From the NCBI RefSeq assembly GCF_001194135.2, contig NC_068987.1, forward strand, positions 26,502,166 through 26,566,165: a DNA stretch of 64,000 nt, in the 5' to 3' direction. Each line of letters starts with the position of its first letter. Position 1 is the stretch's first letter. The position numbers and the translations under genes are program-made. Shown in pieces: positions 24,173 to 36,560 of the stretch. The notes under the pieces were generated by a model. It made no database searches, was not told where the DNA came from, and saw nothing but the letters and a program-made list of their open reading frames with translations. Source of the DNA: Octopus bimaculoides (lineage: Eukaryota).

Positions 24173-25981
24173 CTAAAAACAATAACCTCGACGAAAACTA
24201 CAATAAAAACTTATATGATATATAATGATGTGGGAAAATTTTCACCATAGCAATTGCAATAGAAAAGTATGATTGTTCTCCCCTTCTAAGAAAACACAAT
24301 GTTTTAATCTTCCAGTTCATCGGTGAAATACATTTAACAGAGATATAAATCTACCAATACGTTAAATTTATTATGAGTCGTAGTCGTCTAGAGAACTAGA
24401 TTTTCAAAAATAGAATGTTGTTTCTAGAATATTTACGTGGATATGAAAATAAAGCTGGAGACATTTCTTTGTCCGCTAAACGTCGTTACCGAGAAGAAAT
24501 ATAGGTTGTCAGACAAAACACTGTTTCAAACTGTTTCTTCAGAATTGCTGTCAAACTCAGTGAATGAGAAAATAACGTTAGAGATACTCTCTCTGTTTGA
24601 ACAAAAAAAAAAAGAAGAAAACAACAACAACAACTACAATTCGAAACGAAAATAAACATAAAGAAAAAAACCATTGTGACACAGACATTATTTTTGTTGC
24701 TGCTGTTGTAGTAAAACAACTTTATAGATTCATTTTCGTAAAAAGAAAATATTAAGTGAAGAAAATGAAGAATGAAATTTATTGAAAACATCATTTAAAG
24801 AACTGTTTTATATCTGGTTAAATGTGATTATGAATTATCTTTGCTGGAGACATGTTAGTCATGAAATAGATATTTATTCCAGCGTAACCATCAACATGGA
24901 AAGATATTAAAACTTACCGAGTATATTACTCAGAGAACACACAGTTTAAATTAAGCTGGTCAGCTAATAAAGAGACTGGCGTATTCTTTGTAGAAGCTGG
25001 TAGGTCTGGTGTTAACATTCAGTAGCGAACAGAGTAAAAGTTACAAGAGAATCAAAGAAGCATTTCATGTTATAGCAGATCACAGTAAATGTAAAGGGAA
25101 TAGAAGAGTGTTTGAAGGCATGAAGTTAGATATGGAAAACGAGAGAGAGAGATGGCGAGAAAGTGAAAGTGAAAGTGAAAGAGAGACAAAGAGAGAAATA
25201 AGGGGAAAGGCGGAGTAGGAAGACGGGAGAGAGAAAGATGGAGTGAGAGAAAGCTGTAAAGGAAAGAGAAAATAAACGAAGAAAATGGAGGAAAAGTAAC
25301 AGAAAGAGGGAGCGAAAGAAAGAGGGAAAGAGAGGAGCAAAGGAAAGAGAAAAAGAAACAAGCAGGGTGAAAGAAAAAGCAATGGAAAGAGAGTGATAAA
25401 AAGAGAATGCATGACACTGGAAAGAGACAGAAAAAAACAGTGTGATACAAATATACAAGAAAAAGAGGAAGAAAAATAATGAAGAGAATGAGAAACAGAA
25501 AAAAGGTCCGTTTCAACAATGTGTTGAATAAGTAGCCGTTGACAATGAGTCATATATATATANNNNNNNNNNNNNNNNNNNNNNNNNNNNNNNNNNNNNN
25601 NNNNNNNNNNNNNNNNNNNNNNNNNNNNNNNNNNNNNNNNNNNNNNNNNNNNNNNNNNNNNNNNNNNNNNNNNNNNNNNNNNNNNNNNNNNNNNNNNNNN
25701 NNNNNNNNNNNNNNNNNNNNNNNNNNNNNNNNNNNNNNNNNNNNNNNNNNNNNNNNNNNNNNNNNNNNNNNNNNNNNNNNNNNNNNNNNNNNNNNNNNNN
25801 NNNNNNNNNNNNNNNNNNNNNNNNNNNNNNNNNNNNNNNNNNNNNNNNNNNNNNNNNNNNNNNNNNNNNNNNNNNNNNNNNNNNNNNNNNNNNNNNNNNN
25901 NNNNNNNNNNNNNNNNNNNNNNNNNNNNNNNNNNNNNNNNNNNNNNNNNNNNNNNNNNNNNNNNNNNNNNNNNNNNNNNNN

Positions 25982-26023
<42 letters not shown>

Positions 26024-28019
26024 GAGGTTGTGTGGGAGGAGCGTACATACACATGCACACATGTATAGGGTGTGTGCGTGTGTTTATGAGAAAATGGACA
26101 ATAATGCCAAGAAACCTAATGCATTTGCACATGCTATTATATTCACACACACATACTCAGAGAGATACACGTATGTAGATAACAATATCTAATTTAGAGA
26201 AAGTATATAACTATACATACATACACCTATAGATATATTAAAGTCATATGCATATATACGTTCAGGAACATATAGGTATATATGTATATATATTTGTGTG
26301 TGTGTGCTTAAACTTTATTTATACGAATATATAGGTACTTACACATACACACTCACACACATACATATTATATGCTTATATACATATAATATATGTGAAA
26401 ATGTAAATATTATAAACCTATCTATCTATCTATCTATCTATCTATCTGTCTATCTGGCTAGGTAACTAGCTGTCTTGTCTTCGAAACGTCTAGATAGAAT
26501 AGAGACAGCTGATGAAGGGATATTCCAAGTGGCTTTCCGTTTTCCTATGTGTTAGTTCCGTTGTCTGTAGTTTATTGTTCTAACGTCCTATACTCTGATA
26601 TGCATGTATATACACATGTAGATGTAAGTATGTACATATATGTGTGTATACATGTATATATATTCTTTGTATTATATATATATATATANNNNNNNNNNNN
26701 NNNNNNNNNNNNNNNNNNNNNNNNNNNNNNNNNNNNNNNNNNNNNNNNNNNNNNNNNNNNNNNNNNNNNNNNNNNNNNNNNNNNNNNNNNNNNNNNNNNN
26801 NNNNNNNNNNNNNNNNNNNNNNNNNNNNNNNNNNNNNNNNNNNNNNNNNNNNNNNNNNNNNNNNNNNNNCATACATACATACATACATACATACATGCAT
26901 ACATGCATACATACATACATACATACATACATACATTTAAGTATATATGAACAGTGCATGCAATATCAAACATAGCTGTTAAAGAAAATTTGCCTGGAAA
27001 CATGTGTGAGAGAAATATGAAAATAAAAGAATTACCGAAAGCTTTCATTTTGTTTCTTATATTAATTTTTGTGTAGATTCTGACATTCCCTTGGAGTAGC
27101 AATCATCTGGATGATAACAGTTTAAATTGTTTTTCCCTCTTTTTTGCTGCTCTCTTACAGTACGTTTGGTATTTTGTCACATATTTTGCATTGCATTAGT
27201 GAATATTAGCGCCGTTGGTTACATGAAAACTGTGGTGTTTAGTGGATGACATTGAAATCTTACCTGTATAAGACACCAGTCTACCACAGGTAACATTTCT
27301 TACGAGAGAAATTGAATTCGTTACTGCCCACCCCCAAATTAGTATTCATCTACAGTGTTTCAGTTACTGCCATCGGTGAAACACATCTCTGTGCAGTATT
27401 TAAAGACACGGTGACTCAGTTAAATTTGTTGCTCATAGACAAGACGTAAACATGTTTGAATCAATAATGGTTCAGCAAAATTTTATTAATGTTTTTGTCA
27501 GACATGCTGGAAGGGCAATAACTCTTGCCAGGACTTCTGAAAATGGTTGGAAGAAGGAAAGAATGCTTGCAAAAAATCTGTTAACGTCTCCCAGATGCCA
27601 GATGGTTGTTTTATATTGGGTAATAAATTAAGTTCAGTTTCTAAGAAAAAGGACTGCATGATTTTCAAAATTCACAAACCTATGACAGAAGATATTTGCC
27701 CTAAATTATGTAATGTGGGATCGAACCATTCATTACGTAGTTGCCACCTGAAATTCTTGCTCGCATTAATTATTACCCTGCCCTAAAATTCATATGAACT
27801 GAGTAGTGGAGTTGAGAGCGAGAATATGAAAACTTAACGCTTTACCAAAAATGTCAACAGTGTATAGGGAAATAACCTTCATTGAGAATCAAATCAATGA
27901 TGAGGCTGCTATGATTTGTTGTCTTATATTTCGTTTCATCCACTCCTACAGAGCAGATTAATGAACAAATATATTAGCCATGATTATCGAGGCTTTTTCC
28001 TTATATGCAGGATATCCAG

Positions 28020-28130
28020 AACAACATAATACAATGTGTCCCTCTTTAAAGTCAGTAGGATGTGATGTGAGAGAGATTTGACAGCTGTTCTGTAGGTAAG
28101 GTGACCACAAGAGACTTCTTCGTTAGCTGA
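28020..28130 (-). mobile_element. Short interspersed repeat family D (reverse orientation)
   Basis: gatgtgagagagatttgacagctgttctgtaggtaag is the reverse complement of the D-family motif cc/acttactagaaatagca...tctccctcaaat. Confidence 0.5.
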
Positions 28131-28338
28131 CAACTAAATTTACTCTATACACTGTTTCCTAGTATTATTCTTTATTTGTAGTATACGGAAAATATATAAC
28201 TGAATCATGTTCCCAATTTACCTATCTAACTATGTGTATAAATACACATATTGGTGTTCATAGTGTGTGTGTAACCACATGTGGATCGGTGGTGATTTCT
28301 TCCGTCTTCCTTTTCTCTTGAACTTTCCTCCGTGTCCT

Positions 28339-28373
28339 ATTTCTGACGAAGAGGTTTGCTCGAAAGGTAAAAT
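28339..28373 (+). ncRNA. Minimal type I hammerhead ribozyme motif, one substitution from consensus
   Basis: ATTT-CTGACGA-A-GAG-gtttg-CTC-GAAA-G-GTA-AAAT. Helix I ATTT/AAAT (4 bp), core CUGANGA, stem II GAG/CTC, GAAA and a GUA triplet are present; position 28366 is G where C is expected. Confidence 0.45.
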
Positions 28374-28499
28374 CTACATTTCTTTCCTTTCCAGAGCGTC
28401 TACTAATACTTTGCATGTACCACATCCTCACGTTGTTGTTTTTTCTTGTGTTTGTTCTTCGTTATTCTTGGGGGATTTAGTATATATATATATATATCA

Positions 28500-28597
28500 C
28501 TTATCTTTCATATTTTAATTATTTCAGTCATTTAACTGAAACCATGATGGGACATTACCTTCGAGAGTTTTAGTCGAAGAAATCGACCTTAGAACTT
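28500..28597 (-). mobile_element. SINE family A 3' end (truncated)
   Basis: ttcagtcatttaactgaaaccatgatggg..ttttagtcgaagaaatcgacc..gaactta matches the tail region of the 23249 copy. Confidence 0.65.
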
Positions 28598-28624
28598 AGA
28601 TCTGTGATGTAAATGACGTAAAGG

Positions 28625-29150
28625 AAGAAAAAGGGACCCTCCACTTCAGGGCCAGGTTCAGCCCTTTTAAAACGGCATCTAGCTCCGTCACATTGATGTG
28701 GTTGCAGTCGTCCTTCTTCCTAAGGCAAGCCGCATCGTCCACCACGACACGTCTAATTTCCAGGACAACTCCCGTCACCATGCTGTTGGCAACACACCAC
28801 ACGATCCCCTTCTTCAATTCGGGCACATACCAGTTCCCTCTTACTGGGTCCTCCGCAGTCACTCTCTCCAAGACTTCTTGCATCATGGCGGTTGTCTTCT
28901 CGCCCAGTTATCACTCCAGCTCACTCCTTCAGCTCGCCTCTTGATGAAGCTGCATGCCGGCCAGAGCCATCCTGCAATCGGGTAGTGTCCCAGCAGCTTC
29001 CAACACACAGAAAACAATTTCCGCTTATTCGTTTTTGCGCCCAGTTCTGGGATCTCATTCTACTTTCGGTGACAGCTCTGAATGACCAGCTTTTGTAAAG
29101 GGATTTGTGCAGTTTGAGCTTAGTTGAATATCTGACGTTCACCTTTTTCA
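28625..29150 (-). mobile_element. Ty3/Gypsy-type LTR retrotransposon pol fragment (RT connection and RNase H), disrupted
   Basis: RKLFSVCWKLLGHYPIAGWLWPACSFIKRRAEG, then MMQEVLERVTAEDPVRGNWYVP..IVWCVANSMVTGVVLEIRRVVVDDAACLRKKDDCNHINVTELDAVLKGLNLALKW (degenerate WCDAS and HIN.AEL.A motifs). No LTRs recognised. Confidence 0.8.
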
Positions 29151-30497
29151 TGACCGATGGAGTTTGTTTTCATCGCCCTTATTGAACTGAGGTCCGAAAT
29201 GAATGTGGATCTGAGGCTCTTAACCTATCCACTTCAAGATTGTATGATGCTGCTTCTTGCTTTTTTGAAGTTGTTAAAATCTTGTTCTTTTCCTGAACGA
29301 ACTTTCATTCTGTAAAACTCTTGCTGTTCTTTCTAGTCTGGTGGTGATAACAGGGAGACCCGTTTCTGTGAGTTCTGTTACGTCAACAAAACGCCGGTTG
29401 CTAAGTGACTACCCTCCGCTGGAAACGTAGGTCAATCACATAGTGTCACCAGGATGATATATTTCAAGAAGCTGTTGAAAAGTGCTGGAGAATGAAATCA
29501 GATATGATGAACTCCAACCACTGTCCTGACAAACTTCCAGATGTTATTCAATAGAACTGCACTGCATGAGTTTTCGCACAGTTCTTGAATCACTTGGATG
29601 AGGTTAGTGCTAAAGTCATGTTTCACGTTCCAGAAAATATATACCACAGACTTGTTTTAAGGACGTTTGTATCTATGTGTACATATGAAGCGCGCGCGTC
29701 ACGCGTGTATGTGTGTGTGTGTGTATGTGTGTGTGCGTATGTGTTTGTGTGTATGTGTATGTGTGTGTATGCGTGTGTGCATAATTATGTATGCAGGTGT
29801 GTACATGTATGTATGTATGTATGTATGTATGTGTGTGTTTCTGTGTGTGCATTTTACATATAAATTTACGTAAAAACGACTGATCTTTAACTGAAAATAA
29901 ACTCCTAATACATGAAAGTAGAATATTGGTTGTTACAAGGAAACATGGTGTCAGAGGCTTTGAAGATTCGAATTATAGTAGATTGACAGAGTCATTATAA
30001 CAGCTGAGAACAATGATTTTTGATATATATATTTTTTCTAATTGCACCGTTTTTATTCTAATTGTATATTTCATTCTTGATCTAACCAATACCACATATA
30101 AAATCAAAATCAAACGAAAGGACATACAAACATTAGATTAGATCGCTAATAAGTATTATTCGTAGCAATTAGAGATGGCTAGGTGATCGATGAAAAAAGA
30201 AACAAAGCAAAAACAACTTAGTAGGTAGTCACAAGTCTTGATTCATGCGATGTGCTCTGTTTGTGTGGAAAAACAAACATTATTGTAAATTACCTAGGTT
30301 CGCACACTCGTTGGAAAGGGGCACAGTATTATCGTTTTATCTGGTGATCTTACTCGTAACAGTGTGACATATTATCTAAGTGGTGTATCTGCAGTCAGAT
30401 TAACAAGAAATGGGATCTAAGTAGGAAAAACCAAGTTATATATATATATATTTACAATATTTACATATACATACACACACACACACACACATATATA

Positions 30498-30588
<91 letters not shown>

Positions 30589-31376
30589 CTAAACAGTAAA
30601 AAATATTTTCATGCCTTTTATTGTTTATTATAATCATTATTTTCCAATAAATATGTTCTTATCACGGGCAGTACTTATACTAAGATTATTTTCCTAAAGA
30701 AACGTAGACAATTGAATCGTACGTGAAGTGATATAGTTGGTTTTAATAGGACGGTGTTCAGGCAAAGCTTTCCATTCCGCTTGTGTCATCCGAAAAGATT
30801 TGTATATTTCTGTATGTTTTTAAAATGTTACCTTTAGATTCTAACCACACTCTCATGATGTAGTGACGTCTGATTTGACAAGGAGTGATTGATTCGTTTC
30901 TTCGCGCTGCTTAATCAGATAAATATCGATTTCTTGAAAGGAATCTAATAGGAATACTCGTCACGAAACAGCTTTTAATCTAATAGATGGCTTTTAAATA
31001 TGTCCATCAGCTAATGAGAGTGAGAGGGAAAGAGAGAGAAGTATAATGTGGGAGAGACAACCTCCTTGTAGGTCTACATTTCCTGTAAAGGGCCTCTTTT
31101 TTTTTGTTTTCTACTCATTTACCTTTATTTTCTGCATGGTCTTGTTCTTTTGTTGCAGCCAATTTCTGTTGTGTTTATTGGCGTAGGCATAAAATAGTAT
31201 TAAAAGTCAGATTGCTATCGACGTTTCTCTCTACTGATATTTAACTGACGATAAAACATACTTGGGTTCTCTGAACAGAAATGAGAAACAGAAGAAGAGA
31301 AAAAAAGGCAAGAGGGAGAAATAAAGATAAATGACTATGGAAAGATTGAGAGGCCATAGCGAAAGAGATGGAAACC

Positions 31377-31377
<1 letters not shown>

Positions 31378-31428
<51 letters not shown>

Positions 31429-31515
31429 GAGAAAGAGAGAGAGAGAGAGGGAGAGAGAGGGAAAGATAGAGAGAGAGAGAGGGAGAGAGAGGGAAAGAGA
31501 GAGAGAGAGAGAGAG
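31378..31515. repeat. (AG)n-rich microsatellite
   Basis: Directly visible; source of the RERERE/SLSLSL ORFs. Confidence 0.95.
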
Positions 31516-33098
31516 CGGGAGAGAGACAGAGAGAAAGATGATGTATAGAGAGTGGGTAATGAAATAAATCAGTGCTCTGTGGTGGCGGTAAAGTAGAAAG
31601 TAAAATCAAGACAAATACATCTTTACATTTGAAAAGAAAAGATAAATCTGCAACCGCAAACGTAAATTTCTCAGCCCCCCCCCCAAAAAAAAATCAAAAT
31701 AAATAAAATAAATAATATTAAAGGATAAATTTTACTCATTATCGTTTTGAGAGAAAGTTACTCGTTTTTGAAAAAGTACAATTTAGTTCCAGCTAAAAGA
31801 AGGAAGCTGAACTCAGTGAACTGAATCAGATGATGGGTGAGTTTTTTGCTACATTCTTCAAGCATTTGCTAACTGGATTCCATGTGCGATATCAGTACAA
31901 AATAGACGATGCAAAAACTGATGTGATTTTCTACTGCTGCTGTTCCGACTACTGAGCCATAATTTATTTATAGAACAACTGGGTTTCTTTCATAATTAGT
32001 TGTTTTCAGAGAATAGCCATTCCTGTAATAAATTCCTTCTTTTATTTACTGAAACCGTCGTTAAAAAATCATCTACGTTATCTATTTATTCATCTCTCTA
32101 ACTCTGTTTTCTCTCTGTGTCTGTCTCTCTTTTATCTCATTATCTATGTATCTGGCTACCAAGCTATATATTTAACAATCCTATTTATCTATTATATATT
32201 TTCTTATTTAGTATGTTAATTTTTATTTTAAGTCTCTTTTCTCCACCATCTTCGTGCGTTTTTTTTTTCACACTTTCGTCTGTGGGGAATAAGGTAGGTC
32301 GCGAGTTACAAGAAAAAAAAATTAATGAGTGAAAGACGAATATACTGAAATTATTCCATCTCCAGCTTAAATGAAATTCATTAAACATAAAAGAAATGTC
32401 TTTTATGTTTAAGAAACATAAAATGAAACTTAAAAGTAATTATATATTCCAAAAACTAATAAATGAATAGAATTTTAAACCACAAAATAACATATTATAC
32501 ACTTTAAAACTCATTGATATACCTCACAGGCAATAATAACAATGATACCCCCCCACCACCACCACCGAAAAAAAAACAATAATAGTGTTGTATTGTAACA
32601 AAGCTTTATATTTATTGCGAAAGGGTGTACCTTATTGTCTCGACATCACAATTTATTACTGATACGAGTAGAATGTATTCTAACATTGCAGGAGCTGAGA
32701 AAGGCATAGTTGCTAACTTCTGAATCTGAGTTGCAAGTGAAATCCGGAAGAAACACTGAAAAATTCACAATAAGAGGGTAGTAGTTATCAATTCGCTCAA
32801 CAACTCCCATTGTATAGTAGCTGCCCACCTGTTGGGTTCAGAATTTATAGGGGAGAGTCACATCTTAAATGAAATAGACGAAACAAATATACTACCATCC
32901 CTAAATATGCTGAATGAATAGCAAATAAACCCAACACCACCTCACGTACGTCCATTCCCATATTACTATCATTTCTTCTTTTACTCCCATCACCTACCTC
33001 CCCCTACCAAATAAAAACAGAAATAACCACAAAGCGAGATTGGCATTCATGATGGCAAGAAGGAGTAAACATCCCTCTGTGATTCATCCACTAATGTG

Positions 33099-34145
33099 CA
33101 GGAGAGGCTGTGCGGTACGTAGCTCGCTTACCAGCCACATGGCAAGTGTCTTCTACTATAGCCTCGGGTCGACCAAAGCCTTGTGAGTGCATTTGGTAGA
33201 CGGAAGCTGAAAGAAGCCCGTCGTATATATGTATGTGTGTGTATATGTTTGTGTGTCTGTGTTTGTCCCCCCAACATCGCTTGACAACAGATGTTGGTGT
33301 GTTTACGTCCCCGTAACNNNNNNNNNNNNNNNNNNNNNNNNNNNNNNNNNNNNNNNNNNNNNNNNNNNNNNNNNNNNNNNNNNNNNNNNNNNNNNNNNNN
33401 NNNNNNNNNNNNNNNNNNNNNNNNNNNNNNNNNNNNNNNNNNNNNNNNNNNNNNNNNNNNNNNNNNNNNNNNNNNNNNNNNNNNNNNNNNNNNNNNNNNN
33501 NNNNNNNNNNNNNNNNNNNNNNNNNNNNNNNNNNNNNNNNNNNNNNNNNNNNNNNNNNNNNNNNNNNNNNNNNNNNNNNNNNNNNNNNNNNNNNNNNNNN
33601 NNNNNNNNNNNNNNNNNNNNNNNNNNNNNNNNNNNNNNNNNNNNNNNNNNNNNNNNNNNNNNNNNNNNNNNNNNNNNNNNNNNNNNNNNNNNNNNNNNNN
33701 NNNNNNNNNNNNNNNNNNNNNNNNNNNNNNNNNNNNNNNNNNNNNNNNNNNNNNNNNNNNNNNNNNNNNNNNNNNNNNNNNNNNNNNNNNNNNNNNNNNN
33801 NNNNNNNNNNNNNNNNNNNNNNNNNNNNNNNNNNNNNNNNNNNNNNNNNNNNNNNNNNNNNNNNNNNNNNNNNNNNNNNNNNNNNNNNNNNNNNNNNNNN
33901 NNNNNNNNNNNNNNNNNNNNNNNNNNNNNNNNNNNNNNNNNNNNNNNNNNNNNNNNNNNNNNNNNNNNNNNNNNNNNNNNNNNNNNNNNNNNNNNNNNNN
34001 NNNNNNNNNNNNNNNNNNNNNNNNNNNNNNNNNNNNNNNNNNNNNNNNNNNNNNNNTCATAAAAAAAACCCAGAAGTCCTGGGTTCGATTTGTTCGACTA
34101 ATATCCTCCAAGGTGGTGCTCCAGTATGGTCTCAGTAAAATGACT
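33099..34145 (+). mobile_element. SINE family A spanning an assembly gap, with an internal deletion in the head
   Basis: aggctgtgcggtacgtagctcgcttaccagccacatg|gcaagtgtcttctactatagcctcgggtcgaccaaagcc... [N gap] ...gtcctgggttcgatttgttcgactaa..ggtggtgctccagtatgg..aaatgact. Confidence 0.85.
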
Positions 34146-34722
34146 ATATATCTATCTATACATATACATATACATATACACACATATACATACACATGCT
34201 GCCTCACTCACACACAAAGACCCACAGACACACAGATACACACACATGCACGCACACACACGCACACACATACACACACGCACACACATACACACACGCA
34301 CACACGCACACACATACACACACGCACACACATACACACTTTTTTTATTGAGGCTGAAAAAGTCACAAGCTGTTATGCTGAGTCTCACGTAGCTGTTCAT
34401 TAGACAATTGTGAGTATTCAAAATAATGTAATAATTTATTTATAAATGATTATAATTTTCAGAATTTTCTCAACTGTCTAATGCACAGTTGCGTAAAATA
34501 TTTTGTAACAATTTGTGAAGTATTTTAAGCCTGAATAAAATACTATTTAATTCAACCTTTGGTATTCGGATAATATTTTCTCCACCTTATTTTGCACATA
34601 TATACCTGCATGTCTATATTTTTAACGTATATCTATATAAATATATTGTATGCATGTACATATATATATAAATAAATATGTATGTATAGCTTTGTCAAAA
34701 TTATACGAAGCCGTTCGATAGA

Positions 34723-35112
34723 TTTTATCTTTTACTTGCGTCAGTCATTAAACTGCAACCATGCTGGGGCATCGCCATCAAGAATTTTTAGTCGAATGTA
34801 TCGACTCCAGCGCTTGATTTTAAAAGCCTGGGTCTTATTCTGTCGGGTTCTTTTGCCGATTTCCTAAGTTACGGGTGCGTAAACACTCCAGTACCGTTTG
34901 TCAAGCTGTTATGGCGGGGAGGACAAGCACAAACACGAAGACATACACACGCACACACGACGGAAATCTCTCAGTTTCCGTCTTCGACATCCACTGATAA
35001 AGCTTTGGTCGGTCCGAGGCTATAGTTGAAGACACTTGTTTATGGTGCCACGCAGCGGGACTGAATCCCGAAACATGTGGTTCGGAAGTAAGCTTCTTAC
35101 CACACAGCCATG
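34723..35112 (-). mobile_element. tRNA-derived SINE family A, full length
   Basis: Sense head gcatggctgtgtggtaagaagcttacttccgaaccacatgtttcgggattcagtcccgctgcgtggcacc with A-box TGGCTGTGTGG and B-box-like GATTCAGTCCC. Confidence 0.88.
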
Positions 35113-35689
35113 CTTGGAGAAATACTGAAGATCAATGAAATATATAAAGGTCTAAATACCTGGGTCCAGCTATGTATTCAGTAAAAACTCTGCATGGCAA
35201 TGCCGTAGCATGGCCACCGAGCAATAACTGATAACAGTAACAAAATATGGGAAGCTTTTTAGTTTAGTTTAAACATTAAAATATTTAACTTCTATCTTAA
35301 GCAGAAAATTACGCGTTCCCCATAAATCCTGTTTCTGTTCTTCGGATCTGAACTTTATCCGTTTTCAGGTTTAACGCCATCACCTGGCCTTTGGGGGCTT
35401 TTTAATCAGACTCTACTTTGTTGCAAATGAAAGTTTGGCTGGATTTGAGCACAGAATGTTATATAATACAGATACCAATCTGTGAAACACACGCTCTTAC
35501 TGCTACTAATTCCAGTAATGATAAAAATAGAAATTTCTAAAGTAAGCCCAAAGCAAGAAGCAAGATTTTAGCAAAGGCGATAAATCGACTTCAGCACTTC
35601 ACTGGTAATTTTTTCAATTTGGAGGTCTGCAATAAATATTTCAAGCTATCTAAGCCAATGCACTAGCAATTTAGTTGATCAACTACCTT

Positions 35690-35750
<61 letters not shown>

Positions 35751-35939
35751 GCTGCTGCTGCTGTTGCAACTACTGCTGCTGCCGCTGCTGCTACAGTTGC
35801 TGCTGCTGCTGATGATTATAGTAGTAGTAGTAATAGTAAAAGTAGTAGCAATGATGATAATAATAATGATGATAATAATAATAATAATAATGATAATAAT
35901 AATAATAATAATAATAATGATAATAATAACAATAATAAC

Positions 35940-35990
<51 letters not shown>
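35690..35990. repeat. Compound trinucleotide ladder (CTA)n-(CTG)n-(GTA)n-(GAT/AAT)n
   Basis: Directly visible. Confidence 0.95.
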
Positions 35991-35991
<1 letters not shown>

Positions 35992-36019
35992 TCAACAAAT
36001 AATGCATAATGGATTAAAA

Positions 36020-36560
36020 AGCAAGGGAAAAGTGAAAAACACAACAAGACCCCAGGCACGACGAAGCTGAACTCGTGGATATTTATCAATACATCGAGGA
36101 CTGGTGGCAACTGGAAAGATCTCGGAACTGATAAAATTATCAATTTCTGCTTAAAATACTTTACCAGGACACAAGCAAATGTGCAACAACTTTCAGTAAA
36201 TTACTACAAAGATCAATACCAACATCCACTTAGTAACTGAAAAGGAAAGCAATATTTATTCCTCAAAATAAAGCTATCACGGGGCGCCCAAATTCCTGAA
36301 CAGTAACCTGTTTACCAACAGTATCGAAATTCTGATAAATGTACTAGGCTGCTCATCTGGAAAATAATAACATCATATTAATGTAACATAAAGATGTCGG
36401 AAAATGATGTATTGTTTGTAAAGAAAGGCTATTTACAAAAGGAATAATCATTGATGATTGGAGAGAAGAGAAACAGAAATCTAAACATGACATGATTAAA
36501 CAATACGCTTGGGTATTGAAGACACTCTTCATACACAAAGCAACCCTAATAACGAGGCAT
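36020..36560 (+). mobile_element. R4/Dong-clade LINE fragment, start of the RT domain, heavily disrupted
   Basis: Frames give GTDKIINFCLKYFTRTQ (cf. GPD.I.NFWLK), IPQNKAITGRPNS*TVTCLPTVSK (cf. IPK..P.NYRPITCLPT.YK) and NRNLNMT (cf. RNL.MAW). Begins immediately after (AAT)n. Confidence 0.65.

Noticed and set aside
25009-25519. Hydrophobic or charged ORFs that look like membrane proteins
   Set aside because: Translations of a polypurine/polypyrimidine low-complexity tract.
26478-26525. CGAAACGTC followed by CTGATGA (permuted hammerhead-like boxes)
   Set aside because: Helix I and stem II cannot be formed in this order; the intervening gtct/agac pairing would sequester the cleavage site.
27274-27308. 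Minus-strand 35-nt candidate micro-exon (ag...CAG|gtaag)
   Set aside because: Splice-like signals alone are expected by chance; no recognisable peptide. RNA-seq would be needed.
33099-35112. tRNA-like A/B boxes as tRNA genes
   Set aside because: No cloverleaf can be completed; they are heads of multi-copy SINEs.
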